Source of the DNA: Eledone cirrhosa
Lineage: Eukaryota
DNA length: 64,000 nucleotides
NCBI GenBank assembly: GCA_964016885.1
Contig: OZ024744.1
Location: forward strand, 62,062,001 to 62,126,000
Direction of reading: 5' to 3'
How positions within the stretch are numbered: the first letter of the stretch is position 1; each line of letters starts with the position of its first letter. Below are positions 1 through 13,619 of the stretch, in pieces. A program made the position numbers and the translations under genes. The notes under the pieces are model-generated. The model saw only the letters and a program-made list of their open reading frames with translations. It ran no database searches and had not been told where the DNA came from.

Positions 1-261
1 TGTAGGTGTGTTGAAAAAGTGTTCATAGCAGTAATGAGTTGAGACGGTGAGTAGGGTTGGGTGGGGAGAAATGTAGCAAGTGCGGCCTGCCCCGGTCATT
101 CTCGAAAAATTCCTTTATTCAGGGGAAAAAGCTTTTAGCATTGCTTTTGTGTTGAGAATGGTCACAGGCAAATCGCACCTGTCAAGTTTGTGAATAATTA
201 TTTTTTTCTTTTTTTCCTGAAGAATTTTTCTACGTCCATCCCAAAGTTAGTCCTTTGTTCA

Positions 262-543
262 ACACACACATATGTGTGCATATACGTACATACACACACG
301 GTCATATGTAGGAATATATAGGCACACACCATAAATCACACACCCATGTACAAATACATACACAAAAACATATAGACGCATATAAAAACACACATACACA
401 TACGTACACACACGAATATGTACTCATACCTCCACATGGGTATATATATATATACACACACATATATACACATATACATACATACATATACATATATATA
501 TATATATATATACATACACATACACACACACATATACACACAC

Positions 544-592
<49 letters not shown>

Positions 593-612
593 TACATACA
601 TACATACATACA

Positions 613-644
<32 letters not shown>

Positions 645-743
645 CACACATAAAGATACATAACTAAATATACATATATACACATACACGCAGACATACA
701 CACACACACTCACACACGCACGTGTATACACACACACACGCAG

Positions 744-799
<56 letters not shown>

Positions 800-1469
800 G
801 TGTATACACACACACATATACATATGTCCGTATATATACCCCTCCGTTCACACATACATGCATACATACACATACACACATACATCTATATATATATACA
901 CATATAAAGAGAGAGGCATACGCACACACACACATACACACATATACACATACATATACACATACATATCCATATACACATATATACACATACATATACA
1001 CATATATACATATATATGTATATATATACACATACATACACATACAAGTACATACATACACACATACATACATACACATATAAGTACATACATACATACA
1101 TATATATATATATACACATATATACATACATACATATATACATATATATACACATACATACACACATACATATATATATATGTGCGTATACACGAGCACA
1201 TAAAGACACATATACACATACACATGCATATACATATATATACATATATATACACATACATCTACATACATACATACATATACATAAACAGAAACATACA
1301 CATATGTACACACATATATGCACATACATACACACACACACACATATATATATAGGTACATACACATACATACATACACACACACATAAACATACATATC
1401 TATCCATATATATATATATACACACACACATATATACAAACATACACATACATACATGTACATATACAC

Positions 1470-1512
<43 letters not shown>

Positions 1513-1668
1513 CATATATATATACATATATATATACATATATATATACACACACATACAAACATACACACATCCATACATATATGTATATATATACACA
1601 CACCCACATACATATATACCCACACGTACATACATCCATACATCCCTACATACATATATGTGTGTGTC
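262..1668. repeat. Compound (TA/CA/TACA)n microsatellite field, possibly within the 3' UTR of the adjacent Penelope-like element
   Basis: Direct: ~1.4 kb of mixed dinucleotide and tetranucleotide repeats beginning ~95 bp past the element's stop codon. Confidence 0.95.
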
Positions 1669-1761
1669 TCACCGTTCATTCAGATATTCATGTGTATACA
1701 TAAGAAGAGGGTGGGGGTGGGGTGGGGGTAGTGAAATGGAATTTTACCTCCGAGTGTTAAT

Positions 1762-3953
1762 TCATTTTTTCGTGTTCAGTAGTGGTTTAAATTTTTCAAT
1801 GAAGAATTCTTCTTTATATCTGCGGAAATGTTCGTTATCCGACCATATCTTGAAGAAAGGGAAGATTGTGAATTTTCCCTTCCCGCATGATGCAAAGTGT
1901 GCGCTACATGTGGTATTTCTGACTGTGGGGTCTTTAATCTGTTGTTTATGTACCCGGACTCTATCATGTAATCCCGTTCCAGTTTCCCCAATGTAATACT
2001 CTTTACACTGTGGACATGTTGCGCAATATATTAGGTTTTTCGTTTTGCAGTTCATGTTAGCATTGACCTTGAAATTATCATGGTTTTTGAATGACAACTG
2101 TTTGCCCTCTTCGATGAGTTCACAGGTTCCACATCTAGGGTCCCCGCATTTCGTCACTTGCATTGATTCCATGTTGGTCGTAAATTTTGCCTTGGTAATT
2201 AGTTTTTTAAGGTTGGGTGCTTGGCGTCTGCTATAAATTATGTGTGTTTTTTAAGAGTGCATTCATTTTGGTAGATTGCTGTAGAATCGGGAGATACTGC
2301 TTAGCAGTTTTCACAATGTTGATGTTCCCTGGGTTGTGAGTGATGACAAAAGAGATAGCAGGGTTTTCTTTTTTATGTTGTGGGTTTGGTTTTCTCAGTG
2401 TTGTTATTGGGATGTTCTTAGCCTTGGAGATGGCTGCGTTGATGTGTTTCATCGGGTATTCTTGTTTTTTAAGGAATTTTTTCAGGTCACATAATCTTTT
2501 TTCTTGTAGTACAGGGTGTGTTGCTATAGTGCAGATGCGCCTTGCCATGTTGAAGGGAATGTTCCTTTTCGTATGTGAGGGGTGTGCTGACCGGAAATTT
2601 AAGTTTTGGTGTGTGTCAGTGGGTTTGCAAAATAGGTCCGTTATGATATTTTCCCCTTCTTTAATGATGAGGATATCTAGAAAGGGCAGTTCCTTTTCGT
2701 TACATTCCATAGTGAATTGTATAGCTTCATGAAGCCTGTTTAGGATCGAATAAAATTTTTGTAGGTCTGTTTGGCTTCTGTTCCAGAAGATGAAGCAGTC
2801 ATCTAGGTAACGTTTCCAGTTTTTATTAATGTAGAAGGCGAAGTCGTGACTGAATGTTATCTGTAGTTGGGAATATAATTTTGCCTCTAAGTGACCCATA
2901 ACGAGCGTTGCATATGTAGGGGCCACTTTGGTACCCATGGCTGTTCCTTTTATTTGTAGATAAAGTTCGTTGTCAAAGAGGAAGTGGTTGTTTTCCAATA
3001 CTAATTTAAGTCCTTCCAAGATGAATTCTTTGGGGAATCTTTCTGAAATGTGACTTGAGTGTTTTGTAATCCAGAAGTCCACAGCTTCAATCCCTAGGTC
3101 GTGTGGGATGTTAGTGTACAGGCTTATTACATCAAAACTGACTAGGATTGTATCCTGGTGTACTTTTTGGGGGATATAGTTAAGGAATTCCATATCATCT
3201 CTGATATAGCTTGGAACTTTTTTACATAGGGGTTTGAGTATGATGTCTAATAGGTTGCTTAGACGTTGTGTGCTTGAGGCTGGGCCAGCAATAATGGGGC
3301 GTAATTTTAAGTCTGTCGGTTTTGGTGCTTCGATGTATGATGTATTTTTCCCTTTTATGTTGTTTTGGATTTCTATGGATTTGTGAATTTTTGGTAATCC
3401 ATAGAAATTGCTGGTTTTCATTTCGAAGTTGGTTAGGTAATCTACTTCTTTTGGTGTTAGGTTGTTTTGGTACTTTGTTGTTAGTTTGCCTATTTGGTTC
3501 CTCGATTTCCTTTCTTCGTTTTTAGTGATTTTCCTGTAGAAGTTTTCGTCATTCAAGTGTGCTAGGACCATATCTTTGTAGTGGTTTGTGTCCATGATGA
3601 CGATTGCTCCACCTTTGTCCGCTTCTTTTATTATTATTGAGGAATCTCTTTGTAGCTTGTTCAATGCTAGTAGTTGGTCTATAGGGATGTTGCATTTTTG
3701 TTTCGTCTCGGCCATATTTGTACGTGCTGATCGGCGAAGGCAGGTTATGTATTCCTCCAGGTATTTATCTCTATTTAGCGGGGGTGTGAAGTTCTTTTTG
3801 TTTTTCACCAGTGATTCTTCCTCGTATTGTACACCCTGGAAGAATTCTCCTAAGCGTAATTTTCGACAGTATTCTTCTGTGTCTTTTATAACATTGGCTG
3901 TGTCTGCTTTCGGAGTGGGAGTGAACTTCAGTCCATTTTCTAACAGTCGTAAT
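1762..3953 (-). mobile_element. Penelope-like retroelement (Neptune-like), RT + Cys linker + GIY-YIG endonuclease; N-terminally truncated, one frameshift
   Basis: RT motifs LENGLKFTP, IIKEADKGG, FYGLPKIHK, LRPII, SFDVISLYTNIP, GTAMGTKVAPTYA, RYLDD, LPFLD. A frameshift in an A/AC run near 2240-2252 leads into IYSRRQAPNLKKL, CGDPRCGTC and LIYCATC..YIGET..R...H. Confidence 0.93.
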
Positions 3954-4144
3954 GAACAAGTAAGACCCCGACGGCTGAGCTCAAGCCGTTTCGACGGGTA
4001 ATTCTGGTCCAGAATTAGCCGTCGAAACGGCTTGAGCTCAGCCGTTGGAGTCTTACTTGTTCCTATTACCCACTCTACTACCCTAAGTATTGAGTACTTT
4101 GGTGCGTTATGGTCCACCTGGTTCCTTACCACATTTCCTTCGTT
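3954..4144 (+). mobile_element. Inverted Penelope pLTR/3' tail with a 109-bp hairpin (3954-4062)
   Basis: 54-bp arms centred on 4008; the tail ends in (AT)n. Homologous to 35891-36062 and 60095-60153. Contains GAAACGGC..GCCGT(C/T), resembling the 3' half of a hammerhead. Confidence 0.7.
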
Positions 4145-4155
4145 ATATATATATA

Positions 4156-4542
4156 TGGAGGCACATGGCTTAGTGGTTAGGGCATTGGCCTTGCAATCGA
4201 AAGGTTGTGAATTCAATTCTCAGACCGGGTGATGTGTTGTTTCCTTGAGCAAGACACTTTATTTCACATTGCTCCAGTTTACTCAGCTGTAGAAATGAGA
4301 TGATAGGGATTGGGATCCATATCGTTCCACTGTAAAGTGTTCGTGGAGGTGCCACGGCAAAAAGGCACCCAGCACTCACTGTAAATGAGGTTGGTGTTAG
4401 GAAGGGCATCCAGCTGTAGAAATCAAGCCAGAATCAGTTCCCGTCCCACCCTTGCAAGCAGGGAAAAGTGGACGTAAAATGAACATGATATATCTAAACC
4501 CATGCTAGCGTGGAAGATAGACGTTCAACGATTATGATCATC

Positions 4543-4574
<32 letters not shown>

Positions 4575-4580
4575 GATGAT
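4156..4580 (+). mobile_element. tRNA-derived SINE with two RTE-type tails and (GAT)n
   Basis: A-box TGGCTTAGTGG, degenerate B-box, CCTTGAGCAAGACACTT core. 4441-4482 matches the RTE-A 3' end (20959-21000); 4496-4532 matches the RTE-B 3' end (~32931-32967). Confidence 0.8.
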
Positions 4581-5787
4581 ATGTATATATATATAATCGT
4601 TATACTTTGAAATTTTTAGAGAAACTGAAACAATCATGTCATCGTTAAGTCAGTCATTACCTGGCAAGTAAACAAAGAGCAATTATTGGCTTAGTGGGAA
4701 GAAAAAATAACAAAAGTTTGTTCAACTTCCATGTTTCATTGATGTAATAGCTGTTAACCATCTTAAAGTGTTCTATTTAACTATGACAACAACTATATCA
4801 TTAACAACTACAGCAACAAGCAATTTATGTCAATCAAGATTAAAGCAGTTTCATCAAAGGTCAACTGACATTACACATCAAAATTTTGTTTTCTCTGTTG
4901 AATGATGTGTTTCTTATAACTCTTGACATCCTGTAATGATTTAGCAGAAAATGTCTAACAACAGGCTTGTTGATTTAAATGTTTATAACATTCCTACCAA
5001 TGGATAGATTGTTGTAAAAATTTGCAGTATAAGTGTAAACATTTCATTTCTAATGTGATACTGCCAGAGTTCTGTTTTGTACTTTGCAAGAATGCCTGCC
5101 TTGCTAATGAGGTTTCGTACTGTATAGGATATTACGAGTTTAGCAACAATCAAGTGCATACTTGTGTGGCCTTTTCAATTTCAATTCAGGCTGGTTGGGC
5201 AATACATTGTGTTCTTGAGCAAGGCAAGACACTATTTTATGTTGCTCTAGTTCACTCAGTCAAAAATTTGAGAACTAGTTGCATCATCAAGGAAGGGGGT
5301 GGTTAACCCTGTGTTAAAACTTTCAGTTGCTCAACGCCTAGGAAACTGGAATAAGCTCAGGCTTGATGTGGCTGTGAGCTTGGAACATACTTTAAGTTAG
5401 GTTTAAGTGCATGCTTTACTTGAATTAGGTTGAGTTTTATTGGGGTTTTTTGTCAATATAATTGACTAATTCTGTAACTCTGTTTCAATTCCAGCTAAAA
5501 CCGTTGTCATATTATATCAATTCTGTTGTCATTGTTCTTTAGGAGAAACTCTTGAATGTCACATCTTCACATTTCCCTCTCTATTTTAAAAATACCTGAC
5601 TTTTTTTTTTTTAAGAAAAAAGAAAACATTAATTTTTATTAACTGCTTGGAATTACGTAATATACAATCACATTACATTTCATTCTATTCTTTTATTGGT
5701 TTCAGTCTTTGGACTGCAGCCATGATGGACCACCATCATATTTTAATAATCTTATTCAACATTCTTATTGACATTATTTCCTTTTCA

Positions 5788-5980
5788 GGGCGGTGGATTG
5801 GCAGTATCAGTAGAGGGTCGCACGTTATGCTTTGACGCAAAGAGTTACGTCCCTTTACGATCTGAGTTCAAATCCCGCCGAGGTTAACTTTGCCTTTCAT
5901 CCTTATGGGGTCGATAAAATAAAGTGCCAGTAATGTACTGGGTAATTGCTGGCTTAGTGCTAAAAGTAGAAACAATTATT
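5788..5980 (+). mobile_element. ~190-bp tRNA-derived SINE family S1 (about 15 full or partial copies in the window)
   Basis: B-box GAGTTCAAATCCC, core GCCTTTCATCCTTAYGGGGTCGATAAAATAAAGTACC, tail AAAGTAGAAACAATTATT. Further copies near 10660, 14275, 34200, 37490, 40780, 41905, 52385, 54925, 57527 and 58263. Confidence 0.85.
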
Positions 5981-6394
5981 TCCTTTTCCGTATGATGCAA
6001 TGTTTTGTAATGTAATGTATTATTGATACCTTTACAAGTGGGTGATGCATGATCTTAACACAATTAAAATGCAAAATTATTGGTACAGGTGTTTTAAGTT
6101 ACCAAAACGACTCAACTAAAATGTTTGTTTTCAGATTAAGTCCCTTACTAAATAATATCAACAAAGGATGTCATCTGGGATGTGTGTGTTTATGTACATA
6201 TTCACACACATGCATGGGCTGGCGCGTGGACACAAACACACACACAAACATGCACACTTATACATATACACACATATTTATACATGTCTAGCTTTGTGTG
6301 TATATATGTACATATATATTGTATTAACAAATGTACATATCTCTACATGTGTGTAAATTTCCTTCCTTCATCCCTGTCTTTCCTGCTTTCCCTC

Positions 6395-6520
6395 TCCCTC
6401 TTGCCCATCCCCACCTCCTCTCGCCCATCCCCACTCCCTCTCGCCCATCCCCACTCCCTCTCGCCCATCTCCACTCCCTCTCGCCCGCACCCATACCCTC
6501 TCGTCCTCCCCATACTCTCT
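6395..6520. repeat. 20-bp pyrimidine-rich minisatellite
   Basis: Tandem TCGCCCATCCCCACTCCCTC units. Confidence 0.85.
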
Positions 6521-7004
6521 CACCCTCCCTCATACCCCCACCCCCACCCCTTCTCACTCCAATTCATCAATCGTTTTCTCTATTCCTGTTCTCACTTCCA
6601 TTAATTCACTCTCCAACCTTAATGTAGTTTTCTGACATTTGTTCAACAACTTACAATTGAGAACAGAAACTGTGGTCATATAAATATGGAACTAGTTGGA
6701 ATTTTTGTTAGGCTTTTAAATTATAAGTCTCGTCAATTTCCAATGGAAGTTGACTAAAATCTCAGAATTTTTAGCCATCTAAAGGATAAAATCTTTTGGA
6801 ATGTAATAGGGGAACCTGTCAAAATTTAGCAACTAACTTGTTTTTTTAAAAATCTTTTTGGTCTTTCTTTTTTTTACTCAGCATGGTCTAAAATCTTTGA
6901 ACAGTATTTGTGGCAATGTTAACCTGAAACAGTAAATGTGTGTGTGTTAGATGTTTGTTGGTTCTGTTGATGGGTGTTCAATTGTTTGAATAATGAAACA
7001 GCCT

Positions 7005-7275
7005 CCTTGTGAAATTAACGTGCAATTGGCTGAGCATTCCACAGGCACATGCACACTTAATATAGTTCTCAGGGAGATTCAAGGAGTCACAGTTTGTAAC
7101 AAAGCTGACCTTTTGAATTGCAAATACAATTCATTTTTGTCAGCTGAGTAAACTGGAGCTACATGAAATAAAGTGTTTTGCTCAAGTACGCAAGATATTG
7201 CCTGGTCCAAGAATCTAACTCACCACTTGACAATTGTGAATGAAACACTTGAACCTTGATGCCACATGCCTTCAT
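7005..7275 (-). mobile_element. Diverged tRNA-SINE (head related to the 4156 SINE, different tail)
   Basis: Reverse complement of the CTTGAGCAA.ACACTTTATTTCA..GCTCCAGTTTACTCAGCTG core. Similar heads near 5195, 13880 and 38870-39020; the tail recurs three times at 52200-52810. Confidence 0.6.
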
Positions 7276-7769
7276 CAATAGCAATTGTTAAATGTTAATA
7301 TTCTTTCCACAGGTCAGTTGACTCATGAGGTCAGTACTTATTTAAGGCTTTATACATACATACACATACATACATACACATACATACATGTACATACACA
7401 CCTAAGGCATTCATAGACTGATAGATAGACATAAGGTATACATAGAGAGATATACAAGTACAAGACAGATGAAAGACAAACTGCTCCTTATTTACTAAAT
7501 CTCCTGAATGAATTAGCTAATTTTACAGTTAAGTAGAGCACGATAAATGGAATAAAATATGTGGTCTGAAGATAGATTCAGTGTTTCCAATAGAGTGCAC
7601 ATCAATGACACAAGAAATATGAGTCAGATCTCTTCCCTCTTATAACCTAATTCTTAACTTAGATAATTCTGACATTTTAAATTATCTTCCCTTATTTTTA
7701 CAGCTCATTCTAAAACAAAAGCATTTTAGCGATGCAAAACTTTTATCGTACTCTTGAAGATCAATGTCA

Positions 7770-8200
7770 TCCACACTTACCTCATGTAATAATCACTGAC
7801 CCCATGTAATATTCACACTTAACACCAGATGATATTCACACCTTACCCCATGTGATATTCACACCTTACCCAATGTGATATTCTCACTTACCCCCATGTG
7901 ATATTCTCACTTACCCCCATGTAATATTTACACTTGCCCCATGTAATATTTACTTACCCCATGTAATATTTACACTTAACACCATGTGATATTTACACTT
8001 AACACCATGTGATATTTACACTTAACACCATGTGACATTTACACTTAACACCATGTGACATTTACACTTAACACCATGTGACATTTACACTTAACACCAT
8101 GTGATATTCAGACTTACCACGTGATATTCACACTTACCTCTCCCCCATGTGATGTTCACTTACCCCATCTAATATTTGCACTTACTTCATGTGATAGTCA
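7770..8200. repeat. ~23-bp minisatellite
   Basis: Tandem ACCATGTGATATTTACACTTAAC-type units, homogeneous in the middle and degenerate at the edges. Confidence 0.92.
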
Positions 8201-8463
8201 CATGTTTTGTGGTATCTGATTTAGTTCTGTCCTTTGAGTTCAAATCCCATCTCCTTCTACCTATATATATACCTACATACACATATAATTTCTTTTATAC
8301 ATTTTCTATACCACAAGAAGATGGACCTCTGTTTCTCTGAGTGAATGATAGTTCAATTTATTTACTTCCAACTGTTTATACAGTACTAGTTTTAGTTAGA
8401 CAATAATTTATATAGAGGTAAATAACAATTTTCCTTTCAATATTTATACAAATAATGTTTGGT

Positions 8464-8677
8464 TTAACCCTTTAGCATTTACATTACTCTATATTTAGTA
8501 TTTTCATGGTAAAGGCTTTACCTCACATAATTATCTCACATAGTATTGAATCTATGAGATTTTGATATTATTTATTTTGAGAACAATACCTTAAGATCAG
8601 TATGAGCAGCTGGTTTAAACAGAAAGAGATGAGCGAATTCTGTCCGGATATGGCCGATTTAAATGCTAAAGGGTTAA
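8464..8677 (+). mobile_element. piggyBac-type MITE family A (complete copy)
   Basis: TTAA-CCCTTTAGCATTTA ... TAAATGCTAAAGGG-TTAA. Other copies near 9342-9550, 10339-10500, 12770-12980, 41414-41625, 48893-49063 and 53763-53945. Confidence 0.85.
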
Positions 8678-8812
8678 AGGAAGGAGATGTAGAAGTAATG
8701 TGTGCCTGTGAAACATACATATACACTAGTTCCGAACACAAACGAACCAAACTCCCACTGTCACTGCCTCCATGTCTCCTGCTCTCCCTATCTCTCACTA
8801 TTATGAGCAATT

Positions 8813-8910
8813 GGGGGCCCATGTGCTGGCTGCCCCGGCAGACAAAATAGAGAAGGCGTTTCCCCAGAGGATGGTGAGGGAGACGCGCTGGAAGAGCCAT
8901 TTCAGCTCTG
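8813..8910 (-). mobile_element. CRE-clade non-LTR retrotransposon 3' fragment (end of restriction-like endonuclease domain)
   Basis: Minus strand translates as [25 protein letters not shown]; homologous to 59935-60000. Confidence 0.7.
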
Positions 8911-9255
8911 TGTTTCCGTTTATGAAATATAATTCCATTGGGTCACATGTATGTAGCATGAAGAGATAATGTTGTTGACATTACAGAAAGGATGTCAACA
9001 TAACTGGTTTGTTAACTGGCAGAATCAAGGTACAGCAAATCAATGTCTCATTAAGATGAAATATATCTTCAACTAATATCATCTGAACACTAACAGACAA
9101 CAGCCAAATTCTGCTCAGGCTTAGTTCTGTACAAAAAAAAAGATGGACATCTTGTAGTTCTGTTTATATAACCAGTTCATGGCTGAAAAGTACTGCTCTC
9201 TCATTGGTCCAATAAATTGACAAAAAACAATGAATGACCAATCATAATGAAAGAA

Positions 9256-9815
9256 TTAACCCTTTAGATACCAAACTGCCTGAAACCCCCTACCAGTGTT
9301 CCTATGTTAGTAAGCTGTTCATCTAAAATTCAACAACATAATTTAACCCTTTAGCATTTACATTACTCTATATATATTATTGTATTTTTGTGGTAAAGGC
9401 TTTATCTCACATAATATTGAATCTACAAGATTTTGATGTTATTTATTTTGAGAACAATACCATAACATTAGTGTGAGCAGCCAGTTACAGCTGGTTTGAA
9501 CAGAAAGAGGCGAGAGAATTCCAGCTGGATATGGCTAGTTTAAATGCTATGCAATGTTCCAAACACAAAATTCTTGATTATTTAAAAAATTACTTGAAAA
9601 ATTATAGGGCAATGTCTTTTATTAGAAATATGGCAATGAAAAGTTTTAAATATTAATATTTATCTAAAAAAAAAACATTCCATCATAATTTTCAAATGAT
9701 CCAAACACCAAAATAATAATGAAAAAGTTAGTTTTACTAAATCCCTCAAAATATTTGATTATTTTCAAAATTACTTGAAGCAGTCTTTCATTAGAAATAT
9801 GGTAACAAAAGAGTA
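9256..9815 (+). mobile_element. Older piggyBac-type MITE family B with a nested family A copy
   Basis: TTAACCCTTTAGATACC start and ATTAGAAATATGGTAACAAAAGAGT end. Related termini near 12512-13442, 40334-40979 and 43306-43675. Confidence 0.55.
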
Positions 9816-12800
9816 GCTTGTTGCCTTATTAAGAAAAGTTGTCATTGAGGAAGATTAGTAGCAGGCAGAGCTGCTGTGTTCACTAAATCACTGAAGTCAC
9901 AAGTTTTGCAGGGTTCATAAACCAATTTCATTTCAACTGGAATTTGACCCTAAAGTGGAAAATAGAATTATTCCAAATTCTTGCATTGTGAGTGAATAAA
10001 CTTCATTGTAGTCAGCTTCAAATATCAACCCCTCAAGTTATGAAAAAAATACATATAACTTGATAAACACATTTATTTTCTCTTTTTTTTTCTTTTATGT
10101 GCAAATTACTCTTCGCATGTGTTCCCCTCCTTCCCTCTTGAAAAAAAAAAATCATCAAAGAAAATGATAGACATTTTCCTACAGAAATATGCTGAGGTAC
10201 TAGATTCAATATAAATAACTCTATGTAAAAAAAAAAAACTCTTGCTCACATCCTTTACTAGACCGCATATAGTGATACTCTACTTTCTTTTACACTTTTA
10301 CTGGTTCCATTAGTCTGTGACCATGTTGGGGCATTGTCTTAACCCATTAGCATTTACATTACTCTATATATAATATTGTATTTTCACAGTAAAGTCTGAA
10401 TCTCTCATAATTATCTCACATAATATCGAATCTGAGATATTGATATTATTTTGAGAAGAATACCTTAACATCAGTATGAGCAGCCACTTACAGCTGGTTA
10501 GTCATTTTGAACAAAAAGCATTGATCAACATGAGGCTCCAGTAAAAGACACTTACCAATGGTGTCTCACAGTAGGATTGAACCAGAAACTGCATATACAA
10601 AGTGTGCTTCTTAACCACACAGTTATGTTTGTGCTTATCAAATATTATTATTAAAAAGGAGTTCAAATCCCACCGAGGTTGACTTTGCCTTTCATCCTTA
10701 TGGGGTCGATAAAATAAAGTACCAGTAATGAGCTGGGTAATTGCTGGCCTTGTGCCTAAAGTAGAAACAATTATTAAGAAGGAAAATAATTATTAGGATA
10801 GTGTTACAGTTTTCATAATAGTATCTCGGTATATTTGAAAACTAGGAATTTTCTTTCAAAATCCATGATAAAGACTGTATATTCTTGTCATATCTCTTTT
10901 CCATGAAAATACAATGTAAAATCTATCATGTGACTTATCTGCTTAACCTACAAAATCTCAATACACACACACGACCTGTCCAATCCATGCAAGCATGGAA
11001 AATGAATGTGTGTGTGTGTGAGTGATTTACTGTTTAGACCTAGTGTATCTAGGACTACATTATCTAATGCATTCTACCTTATTATTTAGGGAAACCTTTA
11101 TATGGCAGCTAAATCTATAGGGATTCCTGGCATTGTTTCTGTCTTATTAGACCTCCTCAGCGAAGTATTGTTCTACTCATTGTTATTTTAGCAGATGTTT
11201 ACCATTAATATTTCTATTCCTTAATATGTACAACAAAAAATGTTAATTTGATTATTATTCACTTTCATTTCTATATTATCGTTGTATATCGTTTTGTTTT
11301 AAACTCCATTCTATATCTTTATACCACCACCACCATCATTATGACATCATCTCTTTCATCACAAACGTTATTGCAATCATCATCACTGTCATCATTTATC
11401 ATCGCCATCTTCAATACAAACATCTTCATCACCATCAGCACTACCACCTCCATTTTCATTATGGATTGGACAGGATTTTTTGGAGTGATGTTTTACAGCC
11501 AAATATCCTTCCTGACACAAACCCTTTTTTAGCCACCTCTTATGACACAAATTAACGGCACACCTATTGTAAACCTGAATATTCATCTAAAGAACTCTTC
11601 ACGCTAAAGAAATGTCAAGCTGCATATTGTTATAGTTAAAACACAGAAACCTATTATATTCAACTTTCCATCACAGATGGAATAAGTTGGCAGTCACTCA
11701 TAGGAGTAAATCAAACCCTTAAAGATATTCTGCAACTCTTTAAGATTTATATTGTAAATATATTAGGGCTTAGGTAATAAAAATGATTCATTATAAATAC
11801 ATTGCCACCCTCTCCCCCTCCCCTTCTTTTTTACCCCCTTAATTAAGTATAAGCAGATTTTTTAAATCTCCCTGTCTCTGCATGTCTGCCAATTTCTGAC
11901 TATTAGTGTGTGTATGGATGTGTTTATCTGTCACCTCCTCTCTCCACCCACCTCTTCCTCCACACTGACGCACATATATAAAATAGATATATACATATGA
12001 ACCTTGTAGTGCATTGTTAGTCTCTCTCTCTCTGTATATGTGTGTGTTTATATCTATATATATTATGTGTATATATATTATATGTGTATATTCACTTTAC
12101 ATGTGTACCTTTTAACCTTGAGTTTTTCCATTTTTATTCTTTCTCGTCTCTTTTTAAAAATCAATTTGTGCCATAAAAGGAGACCACCACGACTACAAAA
12201 AATAATAAACCCACCTCCCCCGAACTAGTAAATAAAGAGGTGTGTTTTATCCTACCTTTGTTCACTCATCCTTGTTCTATAAATGCTTTCCATCTGGTAC
12301 ATAATTTCACTCCTCCTTGTTGATGTTGAATCTGCAGACAAGAGATACTTATTGTCTCAGAATGTAAGGTGTAAGAGCCAGTAATTCCCATAAGAAAATG
12401 TGTCTAAGTAGTAGTAGTAGTAGTAACAAGATCAAGGCTCCATACTCTTAATTTCACATGTAGTTTGTAACTGCTACAGTGTTTTCAATCTACACATCAA
12501 TGGTGAAGTCTTTAACCACTTTTGATACCAAGCCACTCAAAACTGCCTGTGATTCTATCATACAAAATTGTTCTTTTTAAAGTATTGATATTTAAATTTA
12601 AACATGCACTCAAAACTTTACATAAAAAACCTGTTATGTTTCAAACAACAGTTTAATTAATAATGGAAAAATTAGTCTCCCTCTCTCTTTTACACTCTTT
12701 TACAAACACACTCTCTCTCTCTCCCCTTTGTCCCTCTCCTGCTGCACAGTCTATTTGGTCAGATTCTCCTTAACTGTTGAGCATTTAAACTGGCCACATC

Positions 12801-13619
12801 CTGCCAGAATTCTCTCACCTCTTTCTGTTCAAACCAACCATAACCAGCCAGTCATACTGATGTTAGGGTATTGTTCTCAAAATGAATATCAAAATCTCAG
12901 TTTCAATATTATGCGAGATAAAGCTTTCACTGTGAAAATACAATAGTAAATATAGAGTAATGTAAATGGTAAAGGATTAAAGGTGGTAATCAGAATGACC
13001 TATAATATAGTGTCCACAGGAGTGTATCAACAGTGAATTCTTGATTGCTTAGTTCTCCAGCAATGTCCTGCAAAACAAATGCATCTCGCTTCCTCTAATG
13101 ATATAATAGATTGCAGAAATATTCACTCAGGCCTGAATTCCAGGAATAGTGCTCTTTGACTGATATTGGTTTTATGTCAATATATATTTCATATTGAGGC
13201 ATGTTCAACTCTTTGATACCAATTTGCCTGAAACCACTCTTAGTTCTGTTATGTACAACTGTTTGTGTTAAAGTGTTTATATTTATATGAAAACCTTCCA
13301 TTATTATTTTATGTAAGAACCTTTGTTTGAAACACCAGATAAATAAGAAAATGTGTTATATTAAAGATCCACTGCCAATTCTTGATTATTTTTAAATGAC
13401 AGGTAGTGTCTTTCATTAGAAATATGGTAACAAAAGTGTTAAATTGAGTGTTAGAATTCTTCATCAGTAAAGTAATAACTGGAAGGCTTTCAAGAATTAT
13501 GCAGCCTTCTACACTGCACTAACCACTGTGCCCAGTTCTTCTTTCCAAGAATATTACTCTCTGAAATAATGCCCTTTCCGCATATGGTTTCCCTGAAGCC
13601 ATCAATATGTTTCTATATC

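Noticed and set aside
302-1731. Long Y/I/V/C/M/H/T-rich ORFs (also at 23.6-24.9 kb and 60.1-61.1 kb)
   Set aside because: Translations of stop-poor TA/CA microsatellites, not proteins.
3954-4216. N-terminal ~88 aa of the 661-aa ORF as part of the RT
   Set aside because: Read-through from SINE, (AT)n and inverted tail sequence; RT homology starts near 3950.
5788-5880. tRNA genes
   Set aside because: The A/B-box sequences are SINE heads continuing into shared cores; no full cloverleaf was seen.
7770-8200. CRISPR-like array
   Set aside because: Contiguous minisatellite without unique spacers.
12256-12331. Candidate next CEP170 exon (ctgcag..GTAGGA, minus strand)
   Set aside because: Open only in a phase incompatible with the 38341 donor, with no recognisable homology; needs RNA evidence.
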